Below are positions 46,912 to 57,022 of a stretch of DNA of 64,000 bases, in pieces. The notes beneath the pieces were generated by a model. It worked only from the letters and a program-made list of their open reading frames with translations, did no database searches and was not told the origin of the DNA. The number at the start of each line of letters is the position of its first letter. Position 1 is the first letter of the stretch. The DNA is from an uncultured Bacteroidota bacterium (GTDB lineage: Bacteria > Bacteroidota > Bacteroidia > Bacteroidales > F082). The DNA is taken from contig UQNO01000002.1 in NCBI GenBank assembly GCA_900542475.1, positions 64,486-128,485 of the forward strand. Reading direction: 5' to 3'. Made by a program: the position numbers and the translations under genes.

Positions 46912-47952
46912 ATGTGCATAATGAATACGGATTTCAACTTGGATAAAACAATATTGGAAGCTCTGGTTGAGCTGGAAGATGTTCGCCGCAACCAGACATT
47001 GTTCGTTACGGACAAGGAAGGCCATTTCATAGGAACGCTCACTGATGGCGACATCCGTCGTTATTTGATTGCCGGTGGGCAGCTTCAGGATTCGGTGGGA
47101 AAAGCGATTCATAAAGAGGCTATTACCGTCCATGCTGATGACCCGATGCTGCTTTCTAAATTAAAAGAATATCGTAATTCTAATATTAAATCTATTCCAT
47201 GTGTTGACGAAGACGGTAAGATAGTCAGAGTATTTGATTTGATTCATTATAAGTCTCATCTCCCTATCGATGCTGTACTAATGGCAGGAGGTAAAGGCGA
47301 GCGTCTCCGCCCATTGACCGAAAAGACTCCCAAGCCGCTCATCAAAGTAGGGAATAAGTGTATTATTGACTACAATGTTGACCGCCTGATAGAATTTGGC
47401 GTTGAAAACATCAATGTAACGGTCAATTATCTTGGTGAGCAGTTGGAGGAACACTTTGCCGAGCCGCGAGGCAAGGTTAAGGTGCAGACCGTTCGCGAAC
47501 CCCAATACTTGGGTACCATTGGGAGTATCCGTTTTGTGGAGGAGTTCAAGAATGATAATATCTTGGTGATGAATTCAGATCTCTTTACCAATATTGACTT
47601 TGAGGATTTCTATCTCCATTTCAAGGAGCATGATGCTATGATGAGTGTTGCGTCCATTCCTTACAATGTCAGTATTCCGTTTGGTATATTGGATTTGAAT
47701 GGCCGCAATATCAAGGGATTGATTGAGAAACCCAAGTACAACTATTATGCAAACGGGGGCATCTATCTTATCAAGAAAGAAGCTCTCCAGTATATTCCTG
47801 AAGAAATCTTCTTCAATGCCACAGACCTTATCGAGGCATTAATAAAGACTAACCAGACAGTTATTCGCTATCCGCTGAACGGAACGTGGATAGATATTGG
47901 GCAACATGCTGATTTGGCAAAAGCCCAGGATTTGGTCAAACATTTGAGGTAG
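46912..47952 (+). CDS. CBS-pair plus sugar-phosphate nucleotidyltransferase (PtmE-like)
   Basis: CBS pair followed by MAGGKGERLRPLT NTP-transferase motif. Start ambiguous between 46912 and 46921. The track start at 46867 would overlap the SDR gene. Confidence 0.75.
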   Translation: MCIMNTDFNLDKTILEALVELEDVRRNQTLFVTDKEGHFIGTLTDGDIRRYLIAGGQLQDSVGKAIHKEAITVHADDPMLLSKLKEYRNSNIKSIPCVDEDGKIVRVFDLIHYKSHLPIDAVLMAGGKGERLRPLTEKTPKPLIKVGNKCIIDYNVDRLIEFGVENINVTVNYLGEQLEEHFAEPRGKVKVQTVREPQYLGTIGSIRFVEEFKNDNILVMNSDLFTNIDFEDFYLHFKEHDAMMSVASIPYNVSIPFGILDLNGRNIKGLIEKPKYNYYANGGIYLIKKEALQYIPEEIFFNATDLIEALIKTNQTVIRYPLNGTWIDIGQHADLAKAQDLVKHLR

Positions 47953-48590
47953 CTTGGCACCAATAATCCCTACCAGAATGTTAAAGATTATCATGGTTCT
48001 TTAAGCTGTGAGAGGAAAGTTGTAATTTTGCAGAATAATTGAAAAAATATCTGGATGACAGATTATCGTGTTAATATATATGCCCCCAATCTGAATAACT
48101 TGTTCGAGTTTTTCGACAACAGAGTGGACAGGCAGGTGGTGTCTGATGCAGAAGGTGGTGACTCTTGATAAAACATACGCCAAGGACACGGTTATTACCG
48201 TCCTTTCTTGGGCAGAGACATTGGGATTATTGCAGCTCGGCAGCAAGAAATATTATAATGCGAACAAGGAAGAGGATGAAGAAGACCAGAACGATTACCC
48301 TTCGCTTGATGATGAGGAGTCGATTCTTTCCGACACGTCACGTTTTGAGCCTGCTGATTTCCGTTATAAGGGGGCGTATCATGTATCGTCGTAAAGGACC
48401 GGCCATATTGGTTATATTGACAGTAAGCATTTTGGTGAGGCCGCTCATATCGAAGAATTCAACGAGAAAACCAAGGGAATGCTGAGAACATTGAAAATCA
48501 ACGAAGATGTTGAGCATCATCCGTTGACTGGCAATGAACAAAAGCGAAAGCTGAAGAAGTAAATTAGAGGTAAATATCAAAGAAAATATT

Positions 48591-50114
48591 ATGCAGAATT
48601 CGAAAAGAGTCATTGTTAATACAATAGCACAATATACAAGGACGGTTATCAATATGTTGCTGTCCTTGTACGTGGTACGTATTGTGTTAATTACATTAGG
48701 AGCGAGTGACTATGGCATCTATTCCGTTGTAGCTGGTGTGACTGCAATGCTGGCATTTATTACCAATGCATTAGTCCAGACCACACAGCGATATATGTCT
48801 TTTTACCAAGGCCAAAACAACATGGTCAAAATGAAAGAGGTATTTAGCAATAGCGAGTTCTTGCATTTGATTATTGGTGGATTGTTGGTTGTTGTATTAT
48901 TGGCCTTGAAACCTCTTCTGTTCAACGGTTTTCTGAGTATTGATGCTGAGCGAATAGATGCGGCAAAATATGTGTATCAAATTGTTATTGTCACACTTTT
49001 TATCACATTTTGCACTGCACCTTTCCGATCTTTATTGATTTCGCATGAGAACATCGTCTATATTTCGATTATTGATGTGTTAGATGGTGTTCTACGAGTG
49101 ATAGTTGTGACACTATTGACGTATGTCTCCTTTGACAAATTGGTGATGTACGCTATATTTCTTTTGGGAATACAATTGTTTAACTTTATTGCTTTTTCAT
49201 GGTTCTCATTCAAAAAATACGAGGAGTGCATCCTCCCGAGGATTAGTTTGTTCAGCAAGTCTTACTTTAAAGAATTATCGTCTTTTGCCGGGTGGGTGAT
49301 TTATGGAACAGGGTGTTACATTTTTAGGAATCAGGGTGTTGCAATTGTAATTAATAAAGTCCTTTCGACAGCTGCTAATGCTGCATACGGTGTTGGCCAA
49401 CATATTTCCGTTGCCGTTAGCACGGTATCTGGTTCTCTGATGAATGCTATGATACCGCAGATTGTTAAAGCAGAGGGTGCTGGTAACCGTACCAAGATGC
49501 TTTCATTGGCAACTGTTCTTTGCAAGTTTTCCTTTTTCCTATTGACGGCTTTGTGCATTCCCTGTGTCTTTGAAATGCCCAACTTGTTGCAATTGTGGTT
49601 AAAAGACGTACCAGACTATACCGTTCTTTTTGCGCGTATGGCCATGATAGCTGCCATGGCAGACACGCTTACCGGGGGACTCCATTATGCAAATGATGCT
49701 GTTGGGAAACTCAAGAATTATCACCTCGTTGTTAGTACACTTAAACTATTAACGCTACCCTTATCTGCTATATTTATGTATATGGGTTATGCCCCTATAT
49801 TAATTGCTGTCTGTTTCGTTGGAACCGAGTTTATAGCAGCATTAGTAAGATTACCTTTCCTACATAAAACAAGCGGATTGATTGTCAGTGATTTTATTAA
49901 AAGTGTTTTATGCCGCGAACTTATCCCTTTAGTTGTAACAATATCTATTTGTTTTGCTTGTGTGTCCTTTATTGATTGGGAATGGCGTTTTTTGATAACC
50001 TTTTCCGTGAGTATTCTTTTTTATGCGATAGTCATTTGGCTGATAGGTCTTAACCGACAAGAGCGCACAATGATTTCTTCGATGGTTTTCAAGAAATTAC
50101 ATCAAAAAAAATAA
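48591..50114 (+). CDS. wzx: Oligosaccharide-repeat flippase (Wzx, MOP superfamily)
   Basis: 507-aa polytopic protein (about 12-14 TM) with a Wzx-type N-terminus. Confidence 0.75.
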   Translation: MQNSKRVIVNTIAQYTRTVINMLLSLYVVRIVLITLGASDYGIYSVVAGVTAMLAFITNALVQTTQRYMSFYQGQNNMVKMKEVFSNSEFLHLIIGGLLVVVLLALKPLLFNGFLSIDAERIDAAKYVYQIVIVTLFITFCTAPFRSLLISHENIVYISIIDVLDGVLRVIVVTLLTYVSFDKLVMYAIFLLGIQLFNFIAFSWFSFKKYEECILPRISLFSKSYFKELSSFAGWVIYGTGCYIFRNQGVAIVINKVLSTAANAAYGVGQHISVAVSTVSGSLMNAMIPQIVKAEGAGNRTKMLSLATVLCKFSFFLLTALCIPCVFEMPNLLQLWLKDVPDYTVLFARMAMIAAMADTLTGGLHYANDAVGKLKNYHLVVSTLKLLTLPLSAIFMYMGYAPILIAVCFVGTEFIAALVRLPFLHKTSGLIVSDFIKSVLCRELIPLVVTISICFACVSFIDWEWRFLITFSVSILFYAIVIWLIGLNRQERTMISSMVFKKLHQKK

Positions 50115-50125
50115 AAGTAGTATTT

Positions 50126-51385
50126 ATGAGAGTATTATTCATAGCAAGTTCTGCGTATGTACCCGATGACGGGAGAAAGACCGTCACAGGCTACGATTAT
50201 ATAGTATCTGAGATTGCCCAGAAACTGAGCGAGAAGTGCGACGTTGATCTTTATCTACTGAGGCCGTATCCTCGAAGCCTCAAAGTTGGAAATGTATCGA
50301 TTATAGGGCATTCGAATAAGGATTTGTTGAAGTATCTCCAAATTAGAAATTTGTTTGCTTATTGTAAAATAGCACTCAAAGGTAAGAATGGCATCAAATC
50401 CCGCCTAAGGAATATTACTTATTATCTGACCATGCGGGATATTGAGCATCTGATAAAGAAGAACAACTATGATATTGTGCATATTCATGGAGTCACGTTT
50501 ATGTGTTTAGTAGCTTCGCTTGCATCAGCAGAATGCAAAGTTCCTTTCTTGTTCACCATGCATGGGCTCATTTCCTACGGTATTCCCAATATCGCCAAGA
50601 TAGATCAAGAATCCGAGCAGGCTGTTCTAAATATGGTTAGGGACAATGATTTTGTCATTACCACTGTCAGTACAGGTACGAAGATGGTTCCTTGTAAAGA
50701 GAAAGGAATTGACCTTTCCAAGGTCGTTGTTGTGAATAATGCGGTCAAAATAGACAAACAGGCAGATGCAATTTCTTGGGAGGATAAATATCCGAAAATT
50801 AAAGATAAATATCTGATAATCAGTGTTGGTTCGGTGTCGTTGAGAAAAAACCAAATACAACTTTTGCGAGCCTTTACACTTTTACCGGAAGATGTCAAAA
50901 CCAAGACCATGATATTCCTTGCAGGGCAAGATTTGACAAATGGAGTAGTTGCAGATTATGTAGAGAAGAACCAATTGCAAGACAATGTGGTGATATGCGG
51001 ATTCCTTTCCAAGAGAGAGTTGGCAGGATTATACAAAGTTGCCAATTACAATGCCCTGTTAAGTATTTCAGAGGGTTTTGGCTTGTCTATGATTGAAGCT
51101 GCTAAATATGGTATTCCTACGCTGACCTTTGCAGACATAGATGCAATCAAAGATTTACCCACAACAGAAACTATGCTCTTGCTCAATGAGCGGACAGATG
51201 AAGCGGTGGCTAAAGGTTTGATAAAAATGTTCTCTACTGAATGGAACAAAGAGACTATCATCAAGTCGGTTGAGCGATTTAATGAAAACATCTATTTCCA
51301 GTATTTGGATGTTTATAATCAGATTATTAAGAACAAAACCAATTTGGTTAAGCCCAAGGTTGTTCTTGAGGCTTTAGGATTGTAG
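50126..51385 (+). CDS. Glycosyltransferase family 4
   Basis: GT1-type C-terminal domain (SEGFGLSMIEAAKYGIPTL). Confidence 0.8.
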   Translation: MRVLFIASSAYVPDDGRKTVTGYDYIVSEIAQKLSEKCDVDLYLLRPYPRSLKVGNVSIIGHSNKDLLKYLQIRNLFAYCKIALKGKNGIKSRLRNITYYLTMRDIEHLIKKNNYDIVHIHGVTFMCLVASLASAECKVPFLFTMHGLISYGIPNIAKIDQESEQAVLNMVRDNDFVITTVSTGTKMVPCKEKGIDLSKVVVVNNAVKIDKQADAISWEDKYPKIKDKYLIISVGSVSLRKNQIQLLRAFTLLPEDVKTKTMIFLAGQDLTNGVVADYVEKNQLQDNVVICGFLSKRELAGLYKVANYNALLSISEGFGLSMIEAAKYGIPTLTFADIDAIKDLPTTETMLLLNERTDEAVAKGLIKMFSTEWNKETIIKSVERFNENIYFQYLDVYNQIIKNKTNLVKPKVVLEALGL

Positions 51386-51388
51386 TGT

Positions 51389-52585
51389 ATGGCAAGTATA
51401 ATTAATGATAGAACGCGTTCGAAAGATGCATTTGGGTGGTCTTTTTTCTTTCCTGTTTCTTTTCTATTGGTACAGTATGGATACGGCTTTGGAACACCGA
51501 TGCTTACCTATTGTTTGTTGTTCGCAGGTTATTGTGTTATTAGATATCAGGAGTTGCCTGTTTTCAAGCCATTGTCAATATATACTTTGTGGTATGTTAT
51601 TATACTACTCAGCACGGTTTTATATTTTGGACATTCTGCCGATAGAGCGTATTGGATGCATTTGATACAGATTTTGGTATGTGGCTATTGTGTTGCCATT
51701 ATTGCGAAACATTTAAACATTGATTCTCTATATAGGTGTTGGAAAGTTTTAGGTTTAATCGTATGCGTCGTTGTCTTTTATCAGTTCTTTCAAATATATG
51801 TTTTGCATCAAACGATTTTGCCTATACGTTTAATGCCGGTAAGTAGCGAATCTTTAAGATTAAATGAAAATTGGACAAATCCTTCTTATAGACCGGTGGC
51901 TTTCTTTACGGAGCCATCAATGGTGGTGAGTTTCCTTGCGCCGGTTTTACTTTTTGCTCAACAAAAGAAGGATTTGCTGGTCGCAGCCATTGTTTCTATA
52001 GCTATTTTGTTTTCGGGTAGTACATCTGGTATAGTTGCATTGGGTGTTTTGTGGGGATTATTTATATTTAATTATAAATTATCGAGGTCTTCTAAAATAT
52101 TAATAATTCTACTTTTTGTAGTGGCTGTATTTGCTTTTTTAAATCTTCCATATTTTCGAGATTCGTTAGAAAAAATCAATTATGAATTGAGTGGTGAAAG
52201 TTCTAATATGAACACGAGAATGTTGAGAGGATGGTTTATATATGCTGTTCTTGATACGCGATCTCAACTATTAGGTATTAGTGATTATGATATAGCATCT
52301 TTCATATATGGAAATGCAAGTGAGTTTACTTGGCAAACAGGGTATGAAGATAATTTTTATTTGAATACTGCACAGCGTATATTCATTCAAACAGGAGCAG
52401 TGGGAGCAGTCCTATATGTTTGGATGCTGATTAGATTATGGAAGTCCACAGACAAAATAGTACATCCTTATTTGGCTTTTGTGATTGTTTCCATGTTCTT
52501 TGGGTCGGAGTTTTATATCAGTGGATTGTTTGTAATGCAATTTATTGTACTTCTCGCTTATTTAAAGCCGAGCAAGGAACAGTGA
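51389..52585 (+). CDS. wzy: O-antigen/capsule repeat-unit polymerase-like membrane protein (Wzy/O-antigen ligase family)
   Basis: About 10 TM helices with a large periplasmic loop. Positioned next to wzx. Confidence 0.6.
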   Translation: MASIINDRTRSKDAFGWSFFFPVSFLLVQYGYGFGTPMLTYCLLFAGYCVIRYQELPVFKPLSIYTLWYVIILLSTVLYFGHSADRAYWMHLIQILVCGYCVAIIAKHLNIDSLYRCWKVLGLIVCVVVFYQFFQIYVLHQTILPIRLMPVSSESLRLNENWTNPSYRPVAFFTEPSMVVSFLAPVLLFAQQKKDLLVAAIVSIAILFSGSTSGIVALGVLWGLFIFNYKLSRSSKILIILLFVVAVFAFLNLPYFRDSLEKINYELSGESSNMNTRMLRGWFIYAVLDTRSQLLGISDYDIASFIYGNASEFTWQTGYEDNFYLNTAQRIFIQTGAVGAVLYVWMLIRLWKSTDKIVHPYLAFVIVSMFFGSEFYISGLFVMQFIVLLAYLKPSKEQ

Positions 52586-52606
52586 AATTAAATAAACGAG
52601 GCTGTT

Positions 52607-53770
52607 ATGTTCAAGAGATTCATCAATAAGTTTTTCACATTAGAGAAAGGTTTCTATCAGAAATCGGTTGACTGCTACTTTGATAGAGATATAGAGAAAG
52701 ATATTGGGTTTTTCCAAAGGCTTCACCCCCGAAACGATTTTAGCCGAAGTATCGCCCAGCATAAATGTCAGACCTATCACTGCAAGAAGAATGTGTTCTT
52801 GCTGAACTGCATGGCTGTTTTTATGACACCTGTTGTTCTGTTAATGTTAATCATGAAGAAGCGACCACTTGTAGTGGATGACCGAACAACAGTGGTTTGC
52901 TATAAATGTTTTAATACACCTGGTTCTTTGCCTTTGGCCTTGTCAGACAAAAACATCAGTTACATTAGCAGCAGTGTTGATACCCCCTCGTTTTTAAGAA
53001 AGGCTGACATCCCTTTTCTTTTTAGATTCTTCTTTAGGAGCTTCTTTCATTCATTCTTGTCTTTTAGAGTAATGTTGAAAGTGGCCAAATACAGGGCTAT
53101 TCTTGATTCTTTCAGCCATTTGGAGGCCATTGCAATAACAGGCGAGTTCACGGATACCTCGTCGGTCATGACCCAGTATTGTCACGAGAGGGGCATCAAG
53201 CACTATAATTTTATGCAAGGGGAGGCGTTCGGTTCTCCGCGAGTGTCTTTCTTCCGTTTCGATAAATGCTTTGTCTGGGATCAGCATTATGTGGATATGT
53301 TTACCTCATTAGGAGCTCCTTCTGAACAGTTTGTAGTCTCACTCCCACGGTGCCTACAGAAAATTAAAAACGACGGACTTGAAAAGACGATTGACTATAC
53401 CTATTATTTGGGAGGAGATGCCGACGAAGAACTGTCCGTTATCAAAAAAGCATTAGATACCCTTGTTTCCAAAGGATATGTATGTGAAGTAAGACCGCAC
53501 CCAAAATGGTCTAATATGGAAACCATAAGGAAAGAGTTTTGCGGTATCTCAATACAAGATGCCACTGCTGTTAACATAGACAAGTCTATTTTGCAGACCA
53601 AAAACGCCATCAGTCTTTATTCCACCGTTTTGCTACAGGCTTTCTTCAACGACGTGAACGTAGTAATTGATGATCTGTCAAGTCCCGATAAATACAATAT
53701 GCTTGAAAAGTATCAATACATCATGTTAGACAAACCCCATGAATTATTGTCTGAAATAACGAACAATTGA
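52607..53770 (+). CDS. Hypothetical protein; candidate unassigned transferase, possibly the nonulosonic-acid transferase
   Basis: 387-aa soluble ORF in the operon with no recognisable GT signature. It is the only unassigned enzyme-sized gene beside the NulO genes. Confidence 0.4.
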   Translation: MFKRFINKFFTLEKGFYQKSVDCYFDRDIEKDIGFFQRLHPRNDFSRSIAQHKCQTYHCKKNVFLLNCMAVFMTPVVLLMLIMKKRPLVVDDRTTVVCYKCFNTPGSLPLALSDKNISYISSSVDTPSFLRKADIPFLFRFFFRSFFHSFLSFRVMLKVAKYRAILDSFSHLEAIAITGEFTDTSSVMTQYCHERGIKHYNFMQGEAFGSPRVSFFRFDKCFVWDQHYVDMFTSLGAPSEQFVVSLPRCLQKIKNDGLEKTIDYTYYLGGDADEELSVIKKALDTLVSKGYVCEVRPHPKWSNMETIRKEFCGISIQDATAVNIDKSILQTKNAISLYSTVLLQAFFNDVNVVIDDLSSPDKYNMLEKYQYIMLDKPHELLSEITNN

Positions 53771-54429
53771 AACAATTAAATATGAGAGATGTAGCAATAT
53801 ATGGTGCAGGCGGCTTTGGCCGCGAGGTGGCCTGCATTTTGGAGAAGATTAACGAGGTTGAACCCACCTGGAACTTGGTTGGCTTCTTTGATGATACCCC
53901 AGACCTAAAAGGTCAGATGATTTCACACTATGCACCTTGTTTGGGCGGAATCAACGAACTGAATGCCTACGACAAAGAGATAGGTGTGGCCGTCGCCATC
54001 GGGAGTCCCAAGACGGTGGAGAAAATGGTGGGCAACATCACCAACCCTAATGTCTGGTTCCCCAACATCATCCATCCCAACTTCGTAATCGCTGATGAAA
54101 AGACCTTTACCATTGGCAAAGGCAATATCATTCAATGCGACTGCAAGGTGAGTTGTGATGTGACTATAGGCGACTTCAATGTGTTGAACGGAAATACCGC
54201 TATGGGACATGATGTGAATGTGGGTTCGTATAATGTGTTTATGCCCTCCGCACGTATATCCGGCCAGACCAGGATGGGGGACAAGAATTTCTTCGGTGTT
54301 GGATGCATCGTACTGCAACAGATGAAGATTGGTAACGAGATAAGGCTTGGTGCAGGCAGTGTACTGATGACCAAACCCAAAGATGGATTTCTCTATATGG
54401 GAAACCCCGCAAAGAAGACCGTATTATAA
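53767..54429 (+). CDS. Hexapeptide-repeat sugar O/N-acyltransferase (NeuD/PglD family)
   Basis: VAIYGAGGFGREV N-terminus and hexapeptide repeats. Confidence 0.8.
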   Translation: MKQLNMRDVAIYGAGGFGREVACILEKINEVEPTWNLVGFFDDTPDLKGQMISHYAPCLGGINELNAYDKEIGVAVAIGSPKTVEKMVGNITNPNVWFPNIIHPNFVIADEKTFTIGKGNIIQCDCKVSCDVTIGDFNVLNGNTAMGHDVNVGSYNVFMPSARISGQTRMGDKNFFGVGCIVLQQMKIGNEIRLGAGSVLMTKPKDGFLYMGNPAKKTVL

Positions 54430-54450
54430 ATTTTAAAATAGAAATGTGTT

Positions 54451-54681
54451 ATGGAAATTAAAGAGTTTATCCAGAATTTTGCAGATCAGTTTGAAGATAC
54501 TGATGCCAGTGTGTTTGCCCCTGAGACCGTGTTCCATGATTTGGACGAGTGGAGTTCGCTGGTGGGTCTGTCACTCATTGCTATGATTGATGACGAATAT
54601 GATGTGACCATCAAGGGCGACGAACTGAGAGCCTCCAAGACTATCAACGATGTGTTTGAACTGGTAAAGAGCAAGAAGTAA
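54451..54681 (+). CDS. Acyl carrier protein-like (76 aa)
   Basis: Small acidic protein with a DEWSSLVGLSLI putative phosphopantetheine-attachment serine. Confidence 0.65.
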   Translation: MEIKEFIQNFADQFEDTDASVFAPETVFHDLDEWSSLVGLSLIAMIDDEYDVTIKGDELRASKTINDVFELVKSKK

Positions 54682-55436
54682 TGTACAATCCGTTTACCCT
54701 TGAGGGAAAAACCATCCTTGTGACCGGTGCCGGCGGCGGCATCGGTCGCGCAACGGCTACCACGTGTAGCAAAATGGGAGCAACGCTAGTCGTGACAGAC
54801 ATCAATGCAGAAACACTGCCTGAAACACTCTCGCTGCTGGAAACAGAAGGTAAGCGCAAACACCTGATGTTTACTGCGGACCTAACCAACGACGAGGCGT
54901 TGGACAAGATGGTGGCTGAAATGCCTCTGCTTGATGGCATTGTTTGCAATGCGGGTATCTCCAAAGTGTTGCCCATTCAGTTCTTGAATGCAGATGACAT
55001 GAATCGTATCATGGCCATCAACGCCCTTGCGCCCATGTATATGACGCAGCGCCTCTACAAGAAGAAGCGCATCAACAAAGGTGGTTCCATTGTCTTTACA
55101 ACTTCCATCAGTGGTGTGAGCATGGTTTCAATGGGCGGCGTGATGTATGCTGTCTCGAAAAATGCCTTGGATGCCTTTATGCGCAATGCCGCCTTGGAGT
55201 TTGCAGCCCGCAATATCCGCGTGAACAGCGTGAATCCCAGCCGTGTGAAGACACCTCTTCTTCAGAACAGCGTCTATTCTGAAGAAGAGGTTGCCAAGGA
55301 TATGCAGACCTATCCGTTAAAACGCTATGCAGAACCGGAAGAAATAGCCAACTGCATGGTGTTCTTGCTTTCTGATGCCTCTTCGTATATCACTGGCCAT
55401 GCACTAATTGTGGATGGTGGAAAAACATTGAATTAA
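54681..55436 (+). CDS. SDR oxidoreductase (FabG-like 3-oxoacyl-ACP reductase)
   Basis: TGAGGGIG motif and a YxxxK dyad. Confidence 0.85.
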   Translation: MYNPFTLEGKTILVTGAGGGIGRATATTCSKMGATLVVTDINAETLPETLSLLETEGKRKHLMFTADLTNDEALDKMVAEMPLLDGIVCNAGISKVLPIQFLNADDMNRIMAINALAPMYMTQRLYKKKRINKGGSIVFTTSISGVSMVSMGGVMYAVSKNALDAFMRNAALEFAARNIRVNSVNPSRVKTPLLQNSVYSEEEVAKDMQTYPLKRYAEPEEIANCMVFLLSDASSYITGHALIVDGGKTLN

Positions 55437-55440
55437 TTAT

Positions 55441-56166
55441 ATGAACGTAATTATCACCGGCAGCAATCGTGGTATAGGCAAAGCCATGGTGGAAGCCTTT
55501 GCGGCATCAGGAGCCAATATTTGGGCTTGTACCCGTAAATCGACGCCTGAACATGAAACTTGGCTGAAAGAAACAGCAAACAAAGCCAACGTTTGGATTA
55601 AGCCCGTCTATTTTGAATTGACGGATAAAGATGCGATCAACAACGGTATACAGTCAATTATTGATGAAGGTCAGAGCATAGATATACTGGTGAACAATGC
55701 AGGTGTTTCCACGGTCGGACTATTAAGTATGAGCAAGGTGGAAGACATTGAAAACCTCTTTGCCGTGAACTACTTTGCCATGCTTCGCATCATCCAGAAG
55801 GTTTCTAAACGGATGGCACGACAGAAGAAAGGCGTAATCATCAATATGGGTTCCATTGCCGGTATTGAACCGCAAGCAGGAAAGATAGCCTACGGTAGCA
55901 GCAAGGCTGCGATTATACTGATGACACAATGCTTGGCCAAAGAACTTGGTCCTATGGGAATCCGTGTGAATGCCATTGCACCGGGACCCATTGAAACGGA
56001 AATGATACATCAGTACAATGATGAGATGTTAACTAAACTTGCTGCTGAATCAGCATTACGTCGTTTGGGCAAAAAAGAGGAAATAGCACAGGTGGCGGTG
56101 TTCTTGGCATCTGAACAGGCTTCATACATCAATGGCGAAATAATTAAAGTTGACGGAGGAAGGTGA
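55441..56166 (+). CDS. SDR oxidoreductase (FabG-like), second copy
   Basis: TGSNRGIG motif and a YxxxK dyad. Confidence 0.85.
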   Translation: MNVIITGSNRGIGKAMVEAFAASGANIWACTRKSTPEHETWLKETANKANVWIKPVYFELTDKDAINNGIQSIIDEGQSIDILVNNAGVSTVGLLSMSKVEDIENLFAVNYFAMLRIIQKVSKRMARQKKGVIINMGSIAGIEPQAGKIAYGSSKAAIILMTQCLAKELGPMGIRVNAIAPGPIETEMIHQYNDEMLTKLAAESALRRLGKKEEIAQVAVFLASEQASYINGEIIKVDGGR

Positions 56167-56189
56167 ATCGAATTGATAATTGATAATTT

Positions 56190-57017
56190 ATGAATAGACG
56201 AATATTATCAGAGGAAGAAATAAAGTCAATGTGCAAACGCATGAGGCTTCATGCGATGGATATGGCATTGGCAGCTGGTAGCCGTGGCGCACACGTGAGC
56301 GGCAGTTTGTCGTGCATGGAAATCTATGCGGTGCTTTACGGTGCTATCCTGAATTATGATATTGACAACCCTTTGTGGAACGACCGTGACCGCTTCATTG
56401 CCGGTAAGGAACATGCCCGTTTGGCAGAATATCCGGCTCGTGCAGAGATGGGTTTTTATCCTGTGGAAGTGCTGAACACCTACGAGGAGAATGACGGTCT
56501 GCTGGTGGGTCACCAGTTAAAGAAAGAACTGGGTGCGGAGTATGGTTCCATGAGCTTGGGTATGGAGATGTCGTTTGCCGTGGGTAAGGCTCTTATCGCC
56601 AAGCAGACTGACCAGAAGTATCATGTGTATTGCCTGCTGGGTGATGCAGAGTGTGAGGAGGGTCCTGTATGGGAGGCCTTTATTGCCGCTGCTCATTACA
56701 ATCTGGATAATCTGACGGTGATTATTGACCGTAACCGCATGTCGGTGGATGGCAACACAGAGGAGTTGATGGCGCTGTGCGATATGCGGAAAAAAATGGA
56801 AGCCTTTGGCTTTGAATCTGTCACCGTAGATGGTCACGACATCCATCAGTTGAGGGAAGCCTTGAAGCATAAACCAGAGGGGCTGCCATACGCAGTGATA
56901 GCAGAGACAACTAAAGGCAAGGGGGTGTCATTTGTTGAAAACAATAAGTCTTGGCATCAAGCGGTATTGAATGAAAAGCAATACCATGAGGCCGTGGAAG
57001 AAATACAAAACAGTTAG
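56190..57017 (+). CDS. Transketolase, N-terminal (ThDP-binding) subunit of a split transketolase
   Basis: GHVSGSLSCMEIY...GDAECEEG ThDP motif. Confidence 0.85.
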   Translation: MNRRILSEEEIKSMCKRMRLHAMDMALAAGSRGAHVSGSLSCMEIYAVLYGAILNYDIDNPLWNDRDRFIAGKEHARLAEYPARAEMGFYPVEVLNTYEENDGLLVGHQLKKELGAEYGSMSLGMEMSFAVGKALIAKQTDQKYHVYCLLGDAECEEGPVWEAFIAAAHYNLDNLTVIIDRNRMSVDGNTEELMALCDMRKKMEAFGFESVTVDGHDIHQLREALKHKPEGLPYAVIAETTKGKGVSFVENNKSWHQAVLNEKQYHEAVEEIQNS

Positions 57018-57022
57018 AGAAT

